Shown here: one piece after another, positions 26,561 through 37,110 of the stretch
Numbering within the stretch: position 1 is the stretch's first letter
Layout of the letters: each line of letters starts with the position of its first letter
Assembly: GCA_028870995.1 (NCBI GenBank)
Contig: JAGWOI010000011.1
Span: 5,373-69,372 of the forward strand
DNA length: 64,000 bases
DNA from: Candidatus Omnitrophota bacterium
Lineage (GTDB): Bacteria; Omnitrophota; Gorgyraeia; Zapsychrales; Fredricksoniimonadaceae
Direction of reading: 5' to 3'
Notes under the pieces: model-generated
The model's database searches: none
Seen by the model: only the letters and a program-made list of their open reading frames with translations
What the model was told of the DNA's origin: nothing
Program-made: the position numbers and the translations under genes

Positions 26561-26604
26561 AATAAAAAAGGGATCAGGGATAATTTTAACCTATCCCTGA
26601 TCCC
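26561..26604 (-). terminator. rho-independent terminator downstream of groEL
   Basis: 10-bp stem gggatcaggg / ccctgatccc (26570-26579 and 26595-26604) with a 15-nt loop. aaaaaa on the plus strand at 26563-26569 is the T-tract on the minus strand. Confidence 0.55.
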
Positions 26605-26626
26605 TAAACATCAACCGGTAAGGATA

Positions 26627-28294
<1,668 letters not shown>

Positions 28295-28322
28295 TCATTC
28301 TCTGGATAAGCGAGAATCCCTA

Positions 28323-28613
28323 TCACTTTACAATGGCCAAAACATCCTCTTCCTTCATGATCAAAAGCTCTTCGCCGTCGTTGGTGGTGATTTCCGTGCC
28401 GCCGTATTTGGCAAATAAAATACGATCGCCGACTTTAACTTTGGGGGCCTTAATTTGGCCACTTTCTAAAGTCTTACCTTCTCCCACAGCCACTACTTTA
28501 CCCTCTTGGGGTTTTTCCTTGGCCGTATCCGGAAGCAAAATGCCGCCCTTGGTGACTTCCTTAGCTTCCAGCACCTTGACCACGATACGGTCATCTAATG
28601 GTTGAATAGCCAT
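28323..28613 (-). CDS. groS: co-chaperonin GroES
   Basis: [14 protein letters not shown]... is the canonical GroES N-terminus. I place the start at ATG 28613, preceded by GGAGGAG. The six-frame ORF extends 7 codons further upstream. Confidence 0.9.
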   Translation of the reverse strand: MAIQPLDDRIVVKVLEAKEVTKGGILLPDTAKEKPQEGKVVAVGEGKTLESGQIKAPKVKVGDRILFAKYGGTEITTNDGEELLIMKEEDVLAIVK

Positions 28614-28695
28614 AACCTCTCCTCCTTCATGCAAAAACGGTTAATATTGTTTGAAAAACTTCCTTAAAAAAGTGCAGGATCCGATGCAGGGATAC

Positions 28696-28722
28696 TTAGC
28701 ACTACCAAATCTGGAGTGCTAA
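28696..28722 (-). promoter_or_regulatory. CIRCE operator (HrcA site) overlapping the -10 of the groES promoter
   Basis: Minus strand reads TTAGCACTC-N9-TAGTGCTAA, which differs from the consensus TTAGCACTC-N9-GAGTGCTAA by one base. Confidence 0.8.
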
Positions 28723-28749
28723 TATAGCGGCAGATAAAAATTTTGTCAA
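28721..28749 (-). promoter_or_regulatory. sigma70-type promoter of groES-groEL (TTGACA-N17-TATATT)
   Basis: On the minus strand, TTGACA is at 28749-28744, then a 17-nt spacer, then TATATT at 28726-28721. The last two bases overlap CIRCE. Confidence 0.6.
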
Positions 28750-28756
28750 GAAAATT

Positions 28757-28783
28757 TTAGCAGTGAATTTAATCGAGTGCTAA
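28757..28783 (-). promoter_or_regulatory. second, upstream CIRCE-like operator
   Basis: Minus strand reads TTAGCACTC-N9-CACTGCTAA, with a perfect left half and two mismatches in the right half. It overlaps the stop codon of the upstream 1254-aa gene. Confidence 0.55.
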
Positions 28784-31700
28784 GATTGCTTTGAGATTGA
28801 CAGGAAGGACATTGAGGATTTGGATTTCGACGCCGGAAAAATTCCCCCGCCGGAATTGGGCGATCATAGCAGGATCAAAAGTAATATTAACCTTCGAGCC
28901 AACGCTTTCCAGGTTCAAATTTCTTGAATTTAAGTCGATACCGCCGGGCTCTGCCTCCGCCAACACCGGCTTATGCAAAACCCCCTGCCTTATCTTGACG
29001 GCGCGATTCAATTTTTCCAATTCGCGCTCAGGTAATCCGCTGTTGGAGATCATCCTTATAACTCCTTTAAGCTGGCTGTCATTGGCGGAATTGATGGCTC
29101 GAAGCAGACTGTCCCCCATGGTGATCTGTGCCTCTTCTTCAACAACATTGTGGGCCATTGCCGAATCTTGCGGAATAGTTATCCCGGTTTCTGTCAATTG
29201 GCCAACAATGGAACCATCCCTAGCGACTTCTCCTTGGGCGTCAATCATGTACCGGCCAGGTTTTTGTATATCAATCAACAGTCCCGGACTGTGCTTGACA
29301 AGTTGAAAGCCTCTTTGGATGAGATATTGAGGAACCCTACCTTCAGCGATCACTCGTTTTGCTCCTGAGACATCTTTCCAAAGATTATCAAGACTCCAGC
29401 CGGGATTCTGAACTTTGAGCCCGTCAATGTGAATTTCCACCCCTTTTCCGGCTTTAATGATCAAGGTCCCGTCCACATCCACATTTTTAAGATAAATATT
29501 GTCACCTTCTATCCTGACCACTGCCTTTGAAGACCAGACGCCGCCGCTTAACTTATCGCGGACATCCAAAATCGTCGGTGCCCAACCGGGCGTATAAACA
29601 AATTTGGCCCCATCAAACCATGGGAACTGAACATCCTCTTTAACGGTTTCATTGCCCTTTTTAACTTCAATTTCAAAGGGAATAGTGCGTTCGATCCCTT
29701 GAATTCCGGCCCCTGGAAAAGTGACCCCCCCCATCTGGGCAGCAATCCTGCGGTTATTTTGGTAATACATACCTTCAACCGCAAAGGGGCTTTCAAGGAA
29801 CGCACCGTCCTTCAAACGCTTATAACTTTCCGGATAATCATTCTTAAGAGCGGCAAAAACGAAACGGGGCTCAAAACTCGTCACACCCACCTTTGATCCG
29901 TCAAACCACACGGCAGCATCCTGCATATTATTTTCCGCACGCATGGGTTTGGCCAGTTCCTCGCTGCCCGGTTTGGTTTTAGGATTTAAAAGAAAAGGAA
30001 CCTGCCCCTTGGTCTTTTCGACCGCAGCCAACCATGAATCTATTTTCATCGTAAAGACGTTGATGTTGCCGGCATACTGGCTTTCAATGGCCTTTAATTT
30101 CGGTCTTTTATTAATGAAGTTATATTCAATATTCCTGGTGATAACTTTGCCTTGCCTGGCCTTAACCTCCTTCAAAACTTCCGAGATCTTGTCCGCCATC
30201 GACTCGAAGCCCGGAATGTTATTGTGCACATAATCAATTGTATCAACCAACACCCTGTGATCAGGCCCTACATATCCTTTTTGCTGTAGAAGCCCCATAA
30301 GGACGCCGCTTAAACCTCCAGAAACCTTATCAAGGTCCTCCAGCGTCAAGGGATTGCCTGTAAGGGTCATTAAAATTCCTGTCGCCTCGCCGGGTTTACG
30401 TTTGACACCGACAAGGTTCATGTCATCACCGCGCTCCACGGCATTGGCCAAGAGCGGCAGGATGGCATTCCACGTCTCCACATTAGTGTCCTGATAAAAA
30501 AGCAATTGAGCCTTGCCCCTGGCCTGGAAATATTTTACCAGCCCTGAACGGTACAGCATTTCATGAATGTCGCCATGACCTCTGGGATTTTCGCCTAGTT
30601 TGTATTGACCTTCCTTGGAAAGGCTGGCATTCATGTCCTTGACCAGGGGGACCATGTTCTGGCGGATGAGAATAATTTGCCCCAACCGGGCTTGAGGATC
30701 AACTTCTTGCGTTGAATCAACCACTGAATAGCCCCTGAGACCATAAGAATGATGCTCCTCCAACATTTTAATGGTGGCATCATGCGTCTTATCTGAAGTC
30801 ATAATGATAAAGGGAATTTCAACAGGTCGACCGGTCATCTTCAAATAGGCTTTTTGTTTAGCAAGGATTTCTTCGGCATCTTTCTGAAGGAACGGTTCAC
30901 CGGTGATTAAATCAACAGGAATCCCGACCTTAGGGCCGTTATACCCCAACCTGTCGCCCGCCCCTCCCGCGACCTTTACTAAAACCAATTGATTGAGATA
31001 GCCGACACCTCTTTGAGTATAGTCCAAATAATCCTGATTGATTCCGTCAAAAACCTTGCCTTGGGGGACTTGGGGAGTATAGCCATCCGTAGGATCAACA
31101 TCCTTGGCGTTTTTAAGAAGATTACGGACAAGGCCCTTGTAACCCGCCAAGCCGCCTTGCAGCTCTTTGTTCTTACGCGATACTTGGTCCAAGAAACTTT
31201 TTTTCTTGTCATCATTAATGCCGGGAGCATCCAAGTCCCGCATCAAGTCCTGTTCTCCTATATCTACCAATAATTTGATCGTAGCCAGGTTTTCTGCGGA
31301 AGACAGGACCCCCGCTTCGATATTCTGTAAAGCCGCTTCAGGTACACCTTTTGCCCGTAATTCCGCCAACATCGCTGCGTTAGGGCCGCTACCGGCTTCC
31401 TCAGTGAGCCCCTTGATGGTATAATACCTCCCAGGGACCGCTTCGAATGCCGCTTTAGCCTCTGCTGGAGTGGCCATAGCCAAATCCCTGACCGGCGTCA
31501 AACCGCCGGAAAAATATTTACGCGGGACTGTCTGTTCCGTGGCCGGATCGGTCTCTTCTTTAATAAAATTAAACACACCTCTTTTATAAGCCTGGACATA
31601 TTGATTATAAATTTTCTCCTGGATAGCAGGGTCACTCACATTGACGCCGTTGACCTTGGATTTATCGGTATAAACCTGGTTGAGCAGGGCATGTTTCAAA

Positions 31701-32533
31701 TTTTGTTTGAACCAAAAAGCCAGGATCATGGAATTATAAATCTGGCGCATCCGGGCAAAATTTTTACCGGTATTAACTTCCTTTTCAATGGCCGGAAGAA
31801 TGACCTGGCGCACGACCTGGGCGCCGAGATTATTGACATTGGCGGAATCACCTACGGGCGCATGTTTGCTTAAAGCCAGGTAGTCTTCGTCCAGCATGAC
31901 CTTCAAATGGCTTTTGACCACAAAAACGGTGTTGCCGTGACTGTAAACCTTGGCCGTATCCGGCAAAATCCACACCTTATTAAAAGTGTTCACGGGGATC
32001 TGGGTCGTGCCGTACATCCGCGCGGCCTTGGCATAAACCGCGTCCCAAAAATCCTTGCCCAGATCCCTTCCCGGATAGATCAAGGAAGCGGTCAACTGTT
32101 TCAATAAATAATCCTGCGCCAGCATGTCACGACCCAATACTGTCTGCCCTAAATCTTTGGGAATAATATGCTGATTCTCATAAGGGGAAAGGTTGACCCA
32201 TTGATTGTCTTCCGGGATGGTCAGGCAGGCCAAAAAATATTTGATCAGCCGGTTCGATTCTTTTTTAACCTGCTGGGCATTTAAACCGCTGTTGCCGGTG
32301 CTGACGATGAAATCCATCAATAAAGGATTTTCAGGGTGGATGGTCAAACCGGTCAACATCAGGGGCACATAAGCTGGAGATAAATTCACCATCGTTCCCG
32401 GTTGAGGCAGGCCAAGTACGCCCCCTTGCGCGCGTGCTTGGGGCATAACACCAAAGCTGACGATCAGGGCCGCAATAAGACATGAGCTGATGAAACGCGA
32501 ATTCCAGGTTTGGCGGATGGAAGAAAAAATCAT
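28769..32533 (-). CDS. large exported multidomain protein with a UDP-sugar pyrophosphorylase-like (UDPGP/USP family) core
   Basis: Sec signal peptide (MIFSSIRQTWNSRFISSCLIAALIVSFGVMPQARA/QG). Central nucleotidyltransferase signature LVLVKVAGGAGDRLGYNGPKVGIPV...IPFIIMTSDKTHDATIKMLEEH...GENPRGHGDIHE followed by a beta-helix-like segment. About 450 aa at the N-terminus and about 200 aa at the C-terminus are unassigned. GC is about 43-47% versus about 57% for the neighbours. AGGAGA RBS and a TTGACA -35 lie upstream. Confidence 0.7.
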   Translation of the reverse strand: MIFSSIRQTWNSRFISSCLIAALIVSFGVMPQARAQGGVLGLPQPGTMVNLSPAYVPLMLTGLTIHPENPLLMDFIVSTGNSGLNAQQVKKESNRLIKYFLACLTIPEDNQWVNLSPYENQHIIPKDLGQTVLGRDMLAQDYLLKQLTASLIYPGRDLGKDFWDAVYAKAARMYGTTQIPVNTFNKVWILPDTAKVYSHGNTVFVVKSHLKVMLDEDYLALSKHAPVGDSANVNNLGAQVVRQVILPAIEKEVNTGKNFARMRQIYNSMILAFWFKQNLKHALLNQVYTDKSKVNGVNVSDPAIQEKIYNQYVQAYKRGVFNFIKEETDPATEQTVPRKYFSGGLTPVRDLAMATPAEAKAAFEAVPGRYYTIKGLTEEAGSGPNAAMLAELRAKGVPEAALQNIEAGVLSSAENLATIKLLVDIGEQDLMRDLDAPGINDDKKKSFLDQVSRKNKELQGGLAGYKGLVRNLLKNAKDVDPTDGYTPQVPQGKVFDGINQDYLDYTQRGVGYLNQLVLVKVAGGAGDRLGYNGPKVGIPVDLITGEPFLQKDAEEILAKQKAYLKMTGRPVEIPFIIMTSDKTHDATIKMLEEHHSYGLRGYSVVDSTQEVDPQARLGQIILIRQNMVPLVKDMNASLSKEGQYKLGENPRGHGDIHEMLYRSGLVKYFQARGKAQLLFYQDTNVETWNAILPLLANAVERGDDMNLVGVKRKPGEATGILMTLTGNPLTLEDLDKVSGGLSGVLMGLLQQKGYVGPDHRVLVDTIDYVHNNIPGFESMADKISEVLKEVKARQGKVITRNIEYNFINKRPKLKAIESQYAGNINVFTMKIDSWLAAVEKTKGQVPFLLNPKTKPGSEELAKPMRAENNMQDAAVWFDGSKVGVTSFEPRFVFAALKNDYPESYKRLKDGAFLESPFAVEGMYYQNNRRIAAQMGGVTFPGAGIQGIERTIPFEIEVKKGNETVKEDVQFPWFDGAKFVYTPGWAPTILDVRDKLSGGVWSSKAVVRIEGDNIYLKNVDVDGTLIIKAGKGVEIHIDGLKVQNPGWSLDNLWKDVSGAKRVIAEGRVPQYLIQRGFQLVKHSPGLLIDIQKPGRYMIDAQGEVARDGSIVGQLTETGITIPQDSAMAHNVVEEEAQITMGDSLLRAINSANDSQLKGVIRMISNSGLPERELEKLNRAVKIRQGVLHKPVLAEAEPGGIDLNSRNLNLESVGSKVNITFDPAMIAQFRRGNFSGVEIQILNVLPVNLKAILALD

Positions 32534-32589
32534 TTAATCTCCTGCGCTAAATTGAGGTTAGCAAACGCTTCCTAGAAGGATTTAACGAA

Positions 32590-32630
32590 AGCTTAACATA
32601 TGACCAATGATTGTCAAGTTTACAACCTAT
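32590..32630 (-). promoter_or_regulatory. putative promoter of the 1254-aa gene (perfect TTGACA -35)
   Basis: On the minus strand, TTGACA is at 32627-32622 followed by an AT-rich weak -10 (TAAGCT or TATGTT) and an AGGAGA RBS before ATG 32533. Confidence 0.3.
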
Positions 32631-32644
32631 TGGTATTTAACAGA

Positions 32645-33382
32645 TTATAGATAAGAAAGGAAATAAATACCCTTAAAGACAAGGTCTTCATCAATGATGC
32701 GGATCTTAGGCGAGACAAACTTTTTCATGAGCTGGGTGTGGCCGCCGGTCATGACCACCTTGGGCTTAGCCTTAAGCTGGCGGCTGATAAGATCAATAAA
32801 CCCGCGGCACAAAGAACCGTAACCATAGAAAAGGCCGCTCAACATACTTTCCTGGGTCGTCTTCCCTATAATATGGCGCGGAGCCGAAAATTCAATATGA
32901 GGCAAAAGTGCGGTTTTCAAAAACAGGGATTCGGCGGACAAACGGAGGCCCGGCACAATGGCACCGCCTAAATATTCACCCTTGGTTGAAATCACATCAA
33001 AGGTAATGGCCGTGCCCAGATCCACGATGATCAAAGGCTTGCCGTAAATCTGCATGGCGGCGAAGGCACCGACCAGACGGTCCTGCCCTACCTGCCTGGG
33101 ATTTTTATACCGGTTCTTGACGGGCACGATGATATCACGGCCGATGACAGCCACCGGCAGCCGTTTTCTTAAAATATTCTCAAGAATCCTGGCCGCGCGG
33201 GGGACGACCGAACAGACCACCGCCCTGTTGACCGGGTAGGCCTTTAAGACCTTGTTGACCACGCCCATAATCTCGACGGTCTTTGCATTGGTGTCAAGAA
33301 CAACGGAAGACTCAATTTTGCCTGTTTTACGGATGACCGCAAAACCGATGGTGGTATTGCCAATATCAACGGCTAGTAACAT
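32645..33382 (-). CDS. coaX: type III pantothenate kinase
   Basis: 245 aa with MLLAVDIGNTTIGFAV (ASKHA fold) and CoaX family conservation. Overlaps the uvrB 3' end. Confidence 0.88.
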   Translation of the reverse strand: MLLAVDIGNTTIGFAVIRKTGKIESSVVLDTNAKTVEIMGVVNKVLKAYPVNRAVVCSVVPRAARILENILRKRLPVAVIGRDIIVPVKNRYKNPRQVGQDRLVGAFAAMQIYGKPLIIVDLGTAITFDVISTKGEYLGGAIVPGLRLSAESLFLKTALLPHIEFSAPRHIIGKTTQESMLSGLFYGYGSLCRGFIDLISRQLKAKPKVVMTGGHTQLMKKFVSPKIRIIDEDLVFKGIYFLSYL

Positions 33383-35339
33383 TCTTTAATTCCTTGATCT
33401 TGTCCCTGATCCTGGCGGCTTTTTCGAATTCCAAATTACGCGCCGCTGCCTCCATTTGCCGCTCCAGGTCGCTTAAGTAGGTGGCAAACTCGAATTCCTC
33501 TTCATCCTGGCCGCTGGACTCCATGACCAACTCCTCCGCTTCGGCATATTGCTCGATCCCGGCACTGATAGCCTTGGCAATGGTCGTGGGCGTGATGCCG
33601 TACCTGGCGTTAAAATCCATTTGGATCTTCCGCCGGCGCTCGCATTCGGCAATGGCGGATTTCATGCCCGCGGACACGGTGTCCGCGTACATGACCACGA
33701 TCCCATGGATATTGCGTGCCGCCCGGCCGGCGGTCTGGATCAATGACGTATGCGAACGCAGGAAACCCTGTTTATCCGCGTCAAATATAGCAACTAAGGT
33801 CACTTCGGGCAAGTCCAATCCTTCGCGCAGCAGGTTGACGCCGATCAAGCAGTCAAACTTCTTTTGCCGCAGGTCCTGTAAAATCTTGGTGCGGTCAATG
33901 GTCTCGATGTCGGAATGCAGGTATTTGACATTCAATCCGGCGTCTTCACAGTAAGCGCAAAGGTCTTCGGCCATCCGTTTGGTCAGGGTCGTGACCAGCA
34001 CCCGCTCATTCTTGGCCGCACGCTGGCGGCACTCGCTGATAAGATCTTCCACCTGGCCTTCGGTGGAACGCACAAAGATGGGCGGATCGATGATCCCCGT
34101 CGGACGGACGATCTGCTCCACCACATGATTGCCGGAATCCTTGCGTTCATAGGGGCCGGGGGTCGCGGAAACATAGATGCGCTGCTTAAGGAGTTTTTCC
34201 ACTTCAGGAAATTTCAACGGGCGGTTGTCCAGGCAGGACGGCAGCCTGAAGCCGTGCGCCACCAGCATCTCCTTGCGGGCACGGTCGCCCTCGTACATGC
34301 CGCCCAGCTGCGGGATGGTGACATGGCTCTCGTCGATGATGGTGATAAAATCATCCGGAAAGTAGTCCATCAGGCAGAACGGCCGGTTGCCCGGCGGCCT
34401 GCCGGAAAGGACCCTGGAGTAATTCTCGATGCCCTTGCACATGCCGATCTCTTTGAGCATTTCCATATCGTAACGGGTGCGGGACCTGAGGCGCTGGGCT
34501 TCCACCAATTTCCCCTGGGATTCAAGCTCTCCCAACCTCAGCCTTAATTCCTCCTCGATTTCGGTGAGGGCCTGCTCCAGCCGCGGCGGGGAAATCAGGA
34601 AGTGCTTGGCCGGATAGACAAAGGTTTTTTCCAACAGGGCGATGGTTTCTCCGGAAACAGGGTCTATTTGTTTGATCTTTTCAATTTCGTCGTCGAAAAA
34701 CTCGATCCTGACGGCATCCTGGCGGTAGGCCGGCTGCACTTCCACAATGTCCCCCCGCACGCGGATCTTGCCGCGGGTGAATTCATAATCATCGCGCTCA
34801 TACTGGATTGCAATAAGCTGGGAAAGCACCTCATCCCGGTCCTTTTTCTGTCCTACTTTCAAGCCCACCATCTGGTTCTGGTAATCTTCGGGGGAACCGA
34901 GGTTATAAATGCATGAAACGCTCGCCACAATGATGGTGTCCCGGCGGGACATCAAAGAGGTGGTGGCGGCCAGACGCAGCCGGTCAAGCCGGTCGTTGAT
35001 GGAAGAATCCTTTTCGATATAAATATCGGTCTGGGGGATATAGGCCTCAGGCTGGTAATAATCGTAATAACTGACAAAATACTCGACGGCATTGTTGGGA
35101 AAAAATTCTTTGAGCTCGCCGTAAAGCTGGGCAGCCAGCGTCTTGTTGTGGGAAATGACTAAAGCCGGGCGGTTGAGCTTGGCGATGACATTGGCAATGG
35201 TAAAGGTCTTGCCGCTGCCGGTAACACCCAGCAGGGTTTGGGCAGGCACACCCCGGTCAAGGCCGATGGCGAGTGCTTCAATGGCTTTACGCTGTTCTTC
35301 AACAGGCTTAAAAGGGCTCTTAAGGGTGAACTGTTCCAT
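33366..35339 (-). CDS. uvrB: excinuclease ABC subunit B
   Basis: 657 aa with Walker A (GVTGSGKTFT), UvrB helicase motifs and a C-terminal UVR domain (ATYLSDLERQMEAAARNLEFEKAARIRDKIKEL). Confidence 0.93.
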   Translation of the reverse strand: MEQFTLKSPFKPVEEQRKAIEALAIGLDRGVPAQTLLGVTGSGKTFTIANVIAKLNRPALVISHNKTLAAQLYGELKEFFPNNAVEYFVSYYDYYQPEAYIPQTDIYIEKDSSINDRLDRLRLAATTSLMSRRDTIIVASVSCIYNLGSPEDYQNQMVGLKVGQKKDRDEVLSQLIAIQYERDDYEFTRGKIRVRGDIVEVQPAYRQDAVRIEFFDDEIEKIKQIDPVSGETIALLEKTFVYPAKHFLISPPRLEQALTEIEEELRLRLGELESQGKLVEAQRLRSRTRYDMEMLKEIGMCKGIENYSRVLSGRPPGNRPFCLMDYFPDDFITIIDESHVTIPQLGGMYEGDRARKEMLVAHGFRLPSCLDNRPLKFPEVEKLLKQRIYVSATPGPYERKDSGNHVVEQIVRPTGIIDPPIFVRSTEGQVEDLISECRQRAAKNERVLVTTLTKRMAEDLCAYCEDAGLNVKYLHSDIETIDRTKILQDLRQKKFDCLIGVNLLREGLDLPEVTLVAIFDADKQGFLRSHTSLIQTAGRAARNIHGIVVMYADTVSAGMKSAIAECERRRKIQMDFNARYGITPTTIAKAISAGIEQYAEAEELVMESSGQDEEEFEFATYLSDLERQMEAAARNLEFEKAARIRDKIKELKNVTSR

Positions 35340-35349
35340 GTCCGATCAA

Positions 35350-35880
35350 TCATTTGGTTGCTTCTTTTTCAATGGCATCCAGCATGCCCTCTACCATTCT
35401 ATCACTGCGCGTGAAAATAAACTGCCTGATAAAGGTGACCCTGGACTCATATCGGATCTCCACCTCACTGGCATCACCCAGGGAATGGACCAAAATGTTC
35501 AAATGCGCCAGGGTGCCGTACAGACCCCAATAGTGCCTTTTGATCGCGGTCATGATCAACAGGTTCTGGTAGCCGTTATGCTCATAACGCTCGTTGCGCT
35601 CATAAACGGAAGGCAGGGACTCTTCGGCGACGCTCCATCCCTTGTTCCTTAATACATAGACAACGGCACCGGTCACCTTCTGGTAGTTTTCCTGGATTTT
35701 ACGGTCATAGGGATGATTTGCCGTGCCGATATATTCGGATAGGGGCGCAGCAGCGCAGCCAGACAAGGCCAACAGACACAAGATTAAGCTTAGATTAACA
35801 GGAACTCGACATAGGCCTTTAAAAGTCGTTTTTGAATACCGCTGGAGCCCCGCCCGTCTACATCGCCGATTCTGCCACAC
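35350..35880 (-). CDS. lipoprotein of unknown function, start uncertain
   Basis: Lipobox LILCLLALSGC. The six-frame ORF extends to 36129 and overlaps the MazG-like gene. I chose GTG 35880 (MWQNRRCRRAGLQRYSKTTFKGLCRVPVNLSLILCLLALSGC). ATG 35967 is an alternative. Neither start has a clear SD. Confidence 0.4.
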   Translation of the reverse strand: MWQNRRCRRAGLQRYSKTTFKGLCRVPVNLSLILCLLALSGCAAAPLSEYIGTANHPYDRKIQENYQKVTGAVVYVLRNKGWSVAEESLPSVYERNERYEHNGYQNLLIMTAIKRHYWGLYGTLAHLNILVHSLGDASEVEIRYESRVTFIRQFIFTRSDRMVEGMLDAIEKEATK

Positions 35881-35983
35881 AGCCCAAAGGGCGTTGTGTG
35901 GCTGAAATATTAGAAAAGACGGGCGGACAAAGGCGACCGCGGTTGAGAAAATGACTTTTAAGGGCATATGTCGGGCTGTTGAA

Positions 35984-36295
35984 TTAACAAATCTTTCCAT
36001 GTTTGTACGGGCGTAATTTATTCTTCTCCGATTTCTTGACGATCTCCGCCTGGATATCGATGCCCAACCCCCCGCACAAGTCAAACAGGCGGATAAAGGT
36101 GTCAGCCAATTCTTCACGGAAATTATCATGATCCTGGTGCCTGTAGCCTTCCATAGCCTCAGCCAGTTCGGTGACGATGAGCATCAAGGCTTCGCCGATA
36201 TTGCGCTTTTCATCCCAAAAACCTTTTTCCTTGGCGATACTGTGGCAAAGCTCACACCATTGTTTAAGGCTTAAGTTTTCGTAATTCAGGCTCAT
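35984..36295 (-). CDS. MazG-like nucleotide pyrophosphohydrolase (small single-domain type)
   Basis: 103 aa with MazG-type helices (LMLIVTELAEAMEGYRH...EELADTFIRLFDLCGGLGIDIQAEIVKKSEKNKLR). Confidence 0.6.
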   Translation of the reverse strand: MSLNYENLSLKQWCELCHSIAKEKGFWDEKRNIGEALMLIVTELAEAMEGYRHQDHDNFREELADTFIRLFDLCGGLGIDIQAEIVKKSEKNKLRPYKHGKIC

Positions 36296-36304
36296 GCGTT
36301 CTCC

Positions 36305-36961
36305 TTACTTGTTATGTTTCTCTAAGAAATCCTCCATATCCTGGGCCAGGGGCGCTTCAACGGCGATTCTGCCTTTGCCTTCCATCTTAGGCCACTCCAG
36401 GCGCATGGCGTGCAGCGCTGTACGCCGGAAGCGCAGCTCGAAATCGCGCCTGAAGGCATATTTGTCTTCCCCCACAAGGGGATGGCCGATCTTGGCAAAA
36501 TGAATGCGGATCTGGTTGGTCCTTCCCGTGACCGGCATCACCTTGACCACCGTGAAGTTTTTATAATAATCCTGGACTTCATAGTACGTCAAGGCGGATT
36601 GTGCGGGCAAATGACGGGCGAATTTGCGCTGGAAAAAATCCTTGATGGGAATTTCGATCTTCCCCTTAGGCGATTTCAAATGCCCGTGCACAAAGGCGAC
36701 GTACGCCTTATGCACCTGCCTGGCTTTGAAAGCCTGCATTAACCGCTCTTGGCATTCCCTGCCCTTGGCGAAAAGGATCACGCCGGAGGTGTCGCGGTCG
36801 ATCCGGTGGGCGGGATAAAGATGCTCCTGTTTGCCCCGCCCTTCATTGACGATGGACTCCAGGGTATGGCGTTCATTTTTTTCGGAGGGCACCACCAGCA
36901 ATCCTGGAGGTTTATTAAAGACCAGGCAATGCCCGTCTTCGTAAAGGACGGGTATGTTCAA
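36305..36961 (-). CDS. RluA-family pseudouridine synthase (no S4 domain), TTG start
   Basis: Catalytic motif HRIDRDTSGVILFAK and RluA family conservation. Confidence 0.8.
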   Translation of the reverse strand: MNIPVLYEDGHCLVFNKPPGLLVVPSEKNERHTLESIVNEGRGKQEHLYPAHRIDRDTSGVILFAKGRECQERLMQAFKARQVHKAYVAFVHGHLKSPKGKIEIPIKDFFQRKFARHLPAQSALTYYEVQDYYKNFTVVKVMPVTGRTNQIRIHFAKIGHPLVGEDKYAFRRDFELRFRRTALHAMRLEWPKMEGKGRIAVEAPLAQDMEDFLEKHNK

Positions 36962-37110
36962 TGGTCTTTGTCCAAATGCTCGTGCAGCAAATCAGTCAGA
37001 TAATTGATCTTGCGGATCAAAATGATGGGGAATACGATCATCCACGCCTGAAAGGCCAAGGCCAAAAATGCCTGGAAGGGGGTTACGGACAAATTAATTG
37101 AGTTTTCCAT
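36958..37110 (-). CDS. unannotated 50-aa single-TM small protein
   Basis: ATG at 37110 preceded by GGAGAAAAATT. Translation is MENSINLSVTPFQAFLALAFQAWMIVFPIILIRKINYLTDLLHEHLDKDH. Its TGA overlaps the TTG start of the RluA gene. It falls below the 60-aa cut-off of the supplied ORF track. Confidence 0.35.
   Translation of the reverse strand: MENSINLSVTPFQAFLALAFQAWMIVFPIILIRKINYLTDLLHEHLDKDH

Noticed and set aside
33915-34547. 210-aa plus-strand ORF inside uvrB
   Set aside because: Antisense shadow ORF. uvrB conservation on the minus strand is unambiguous.
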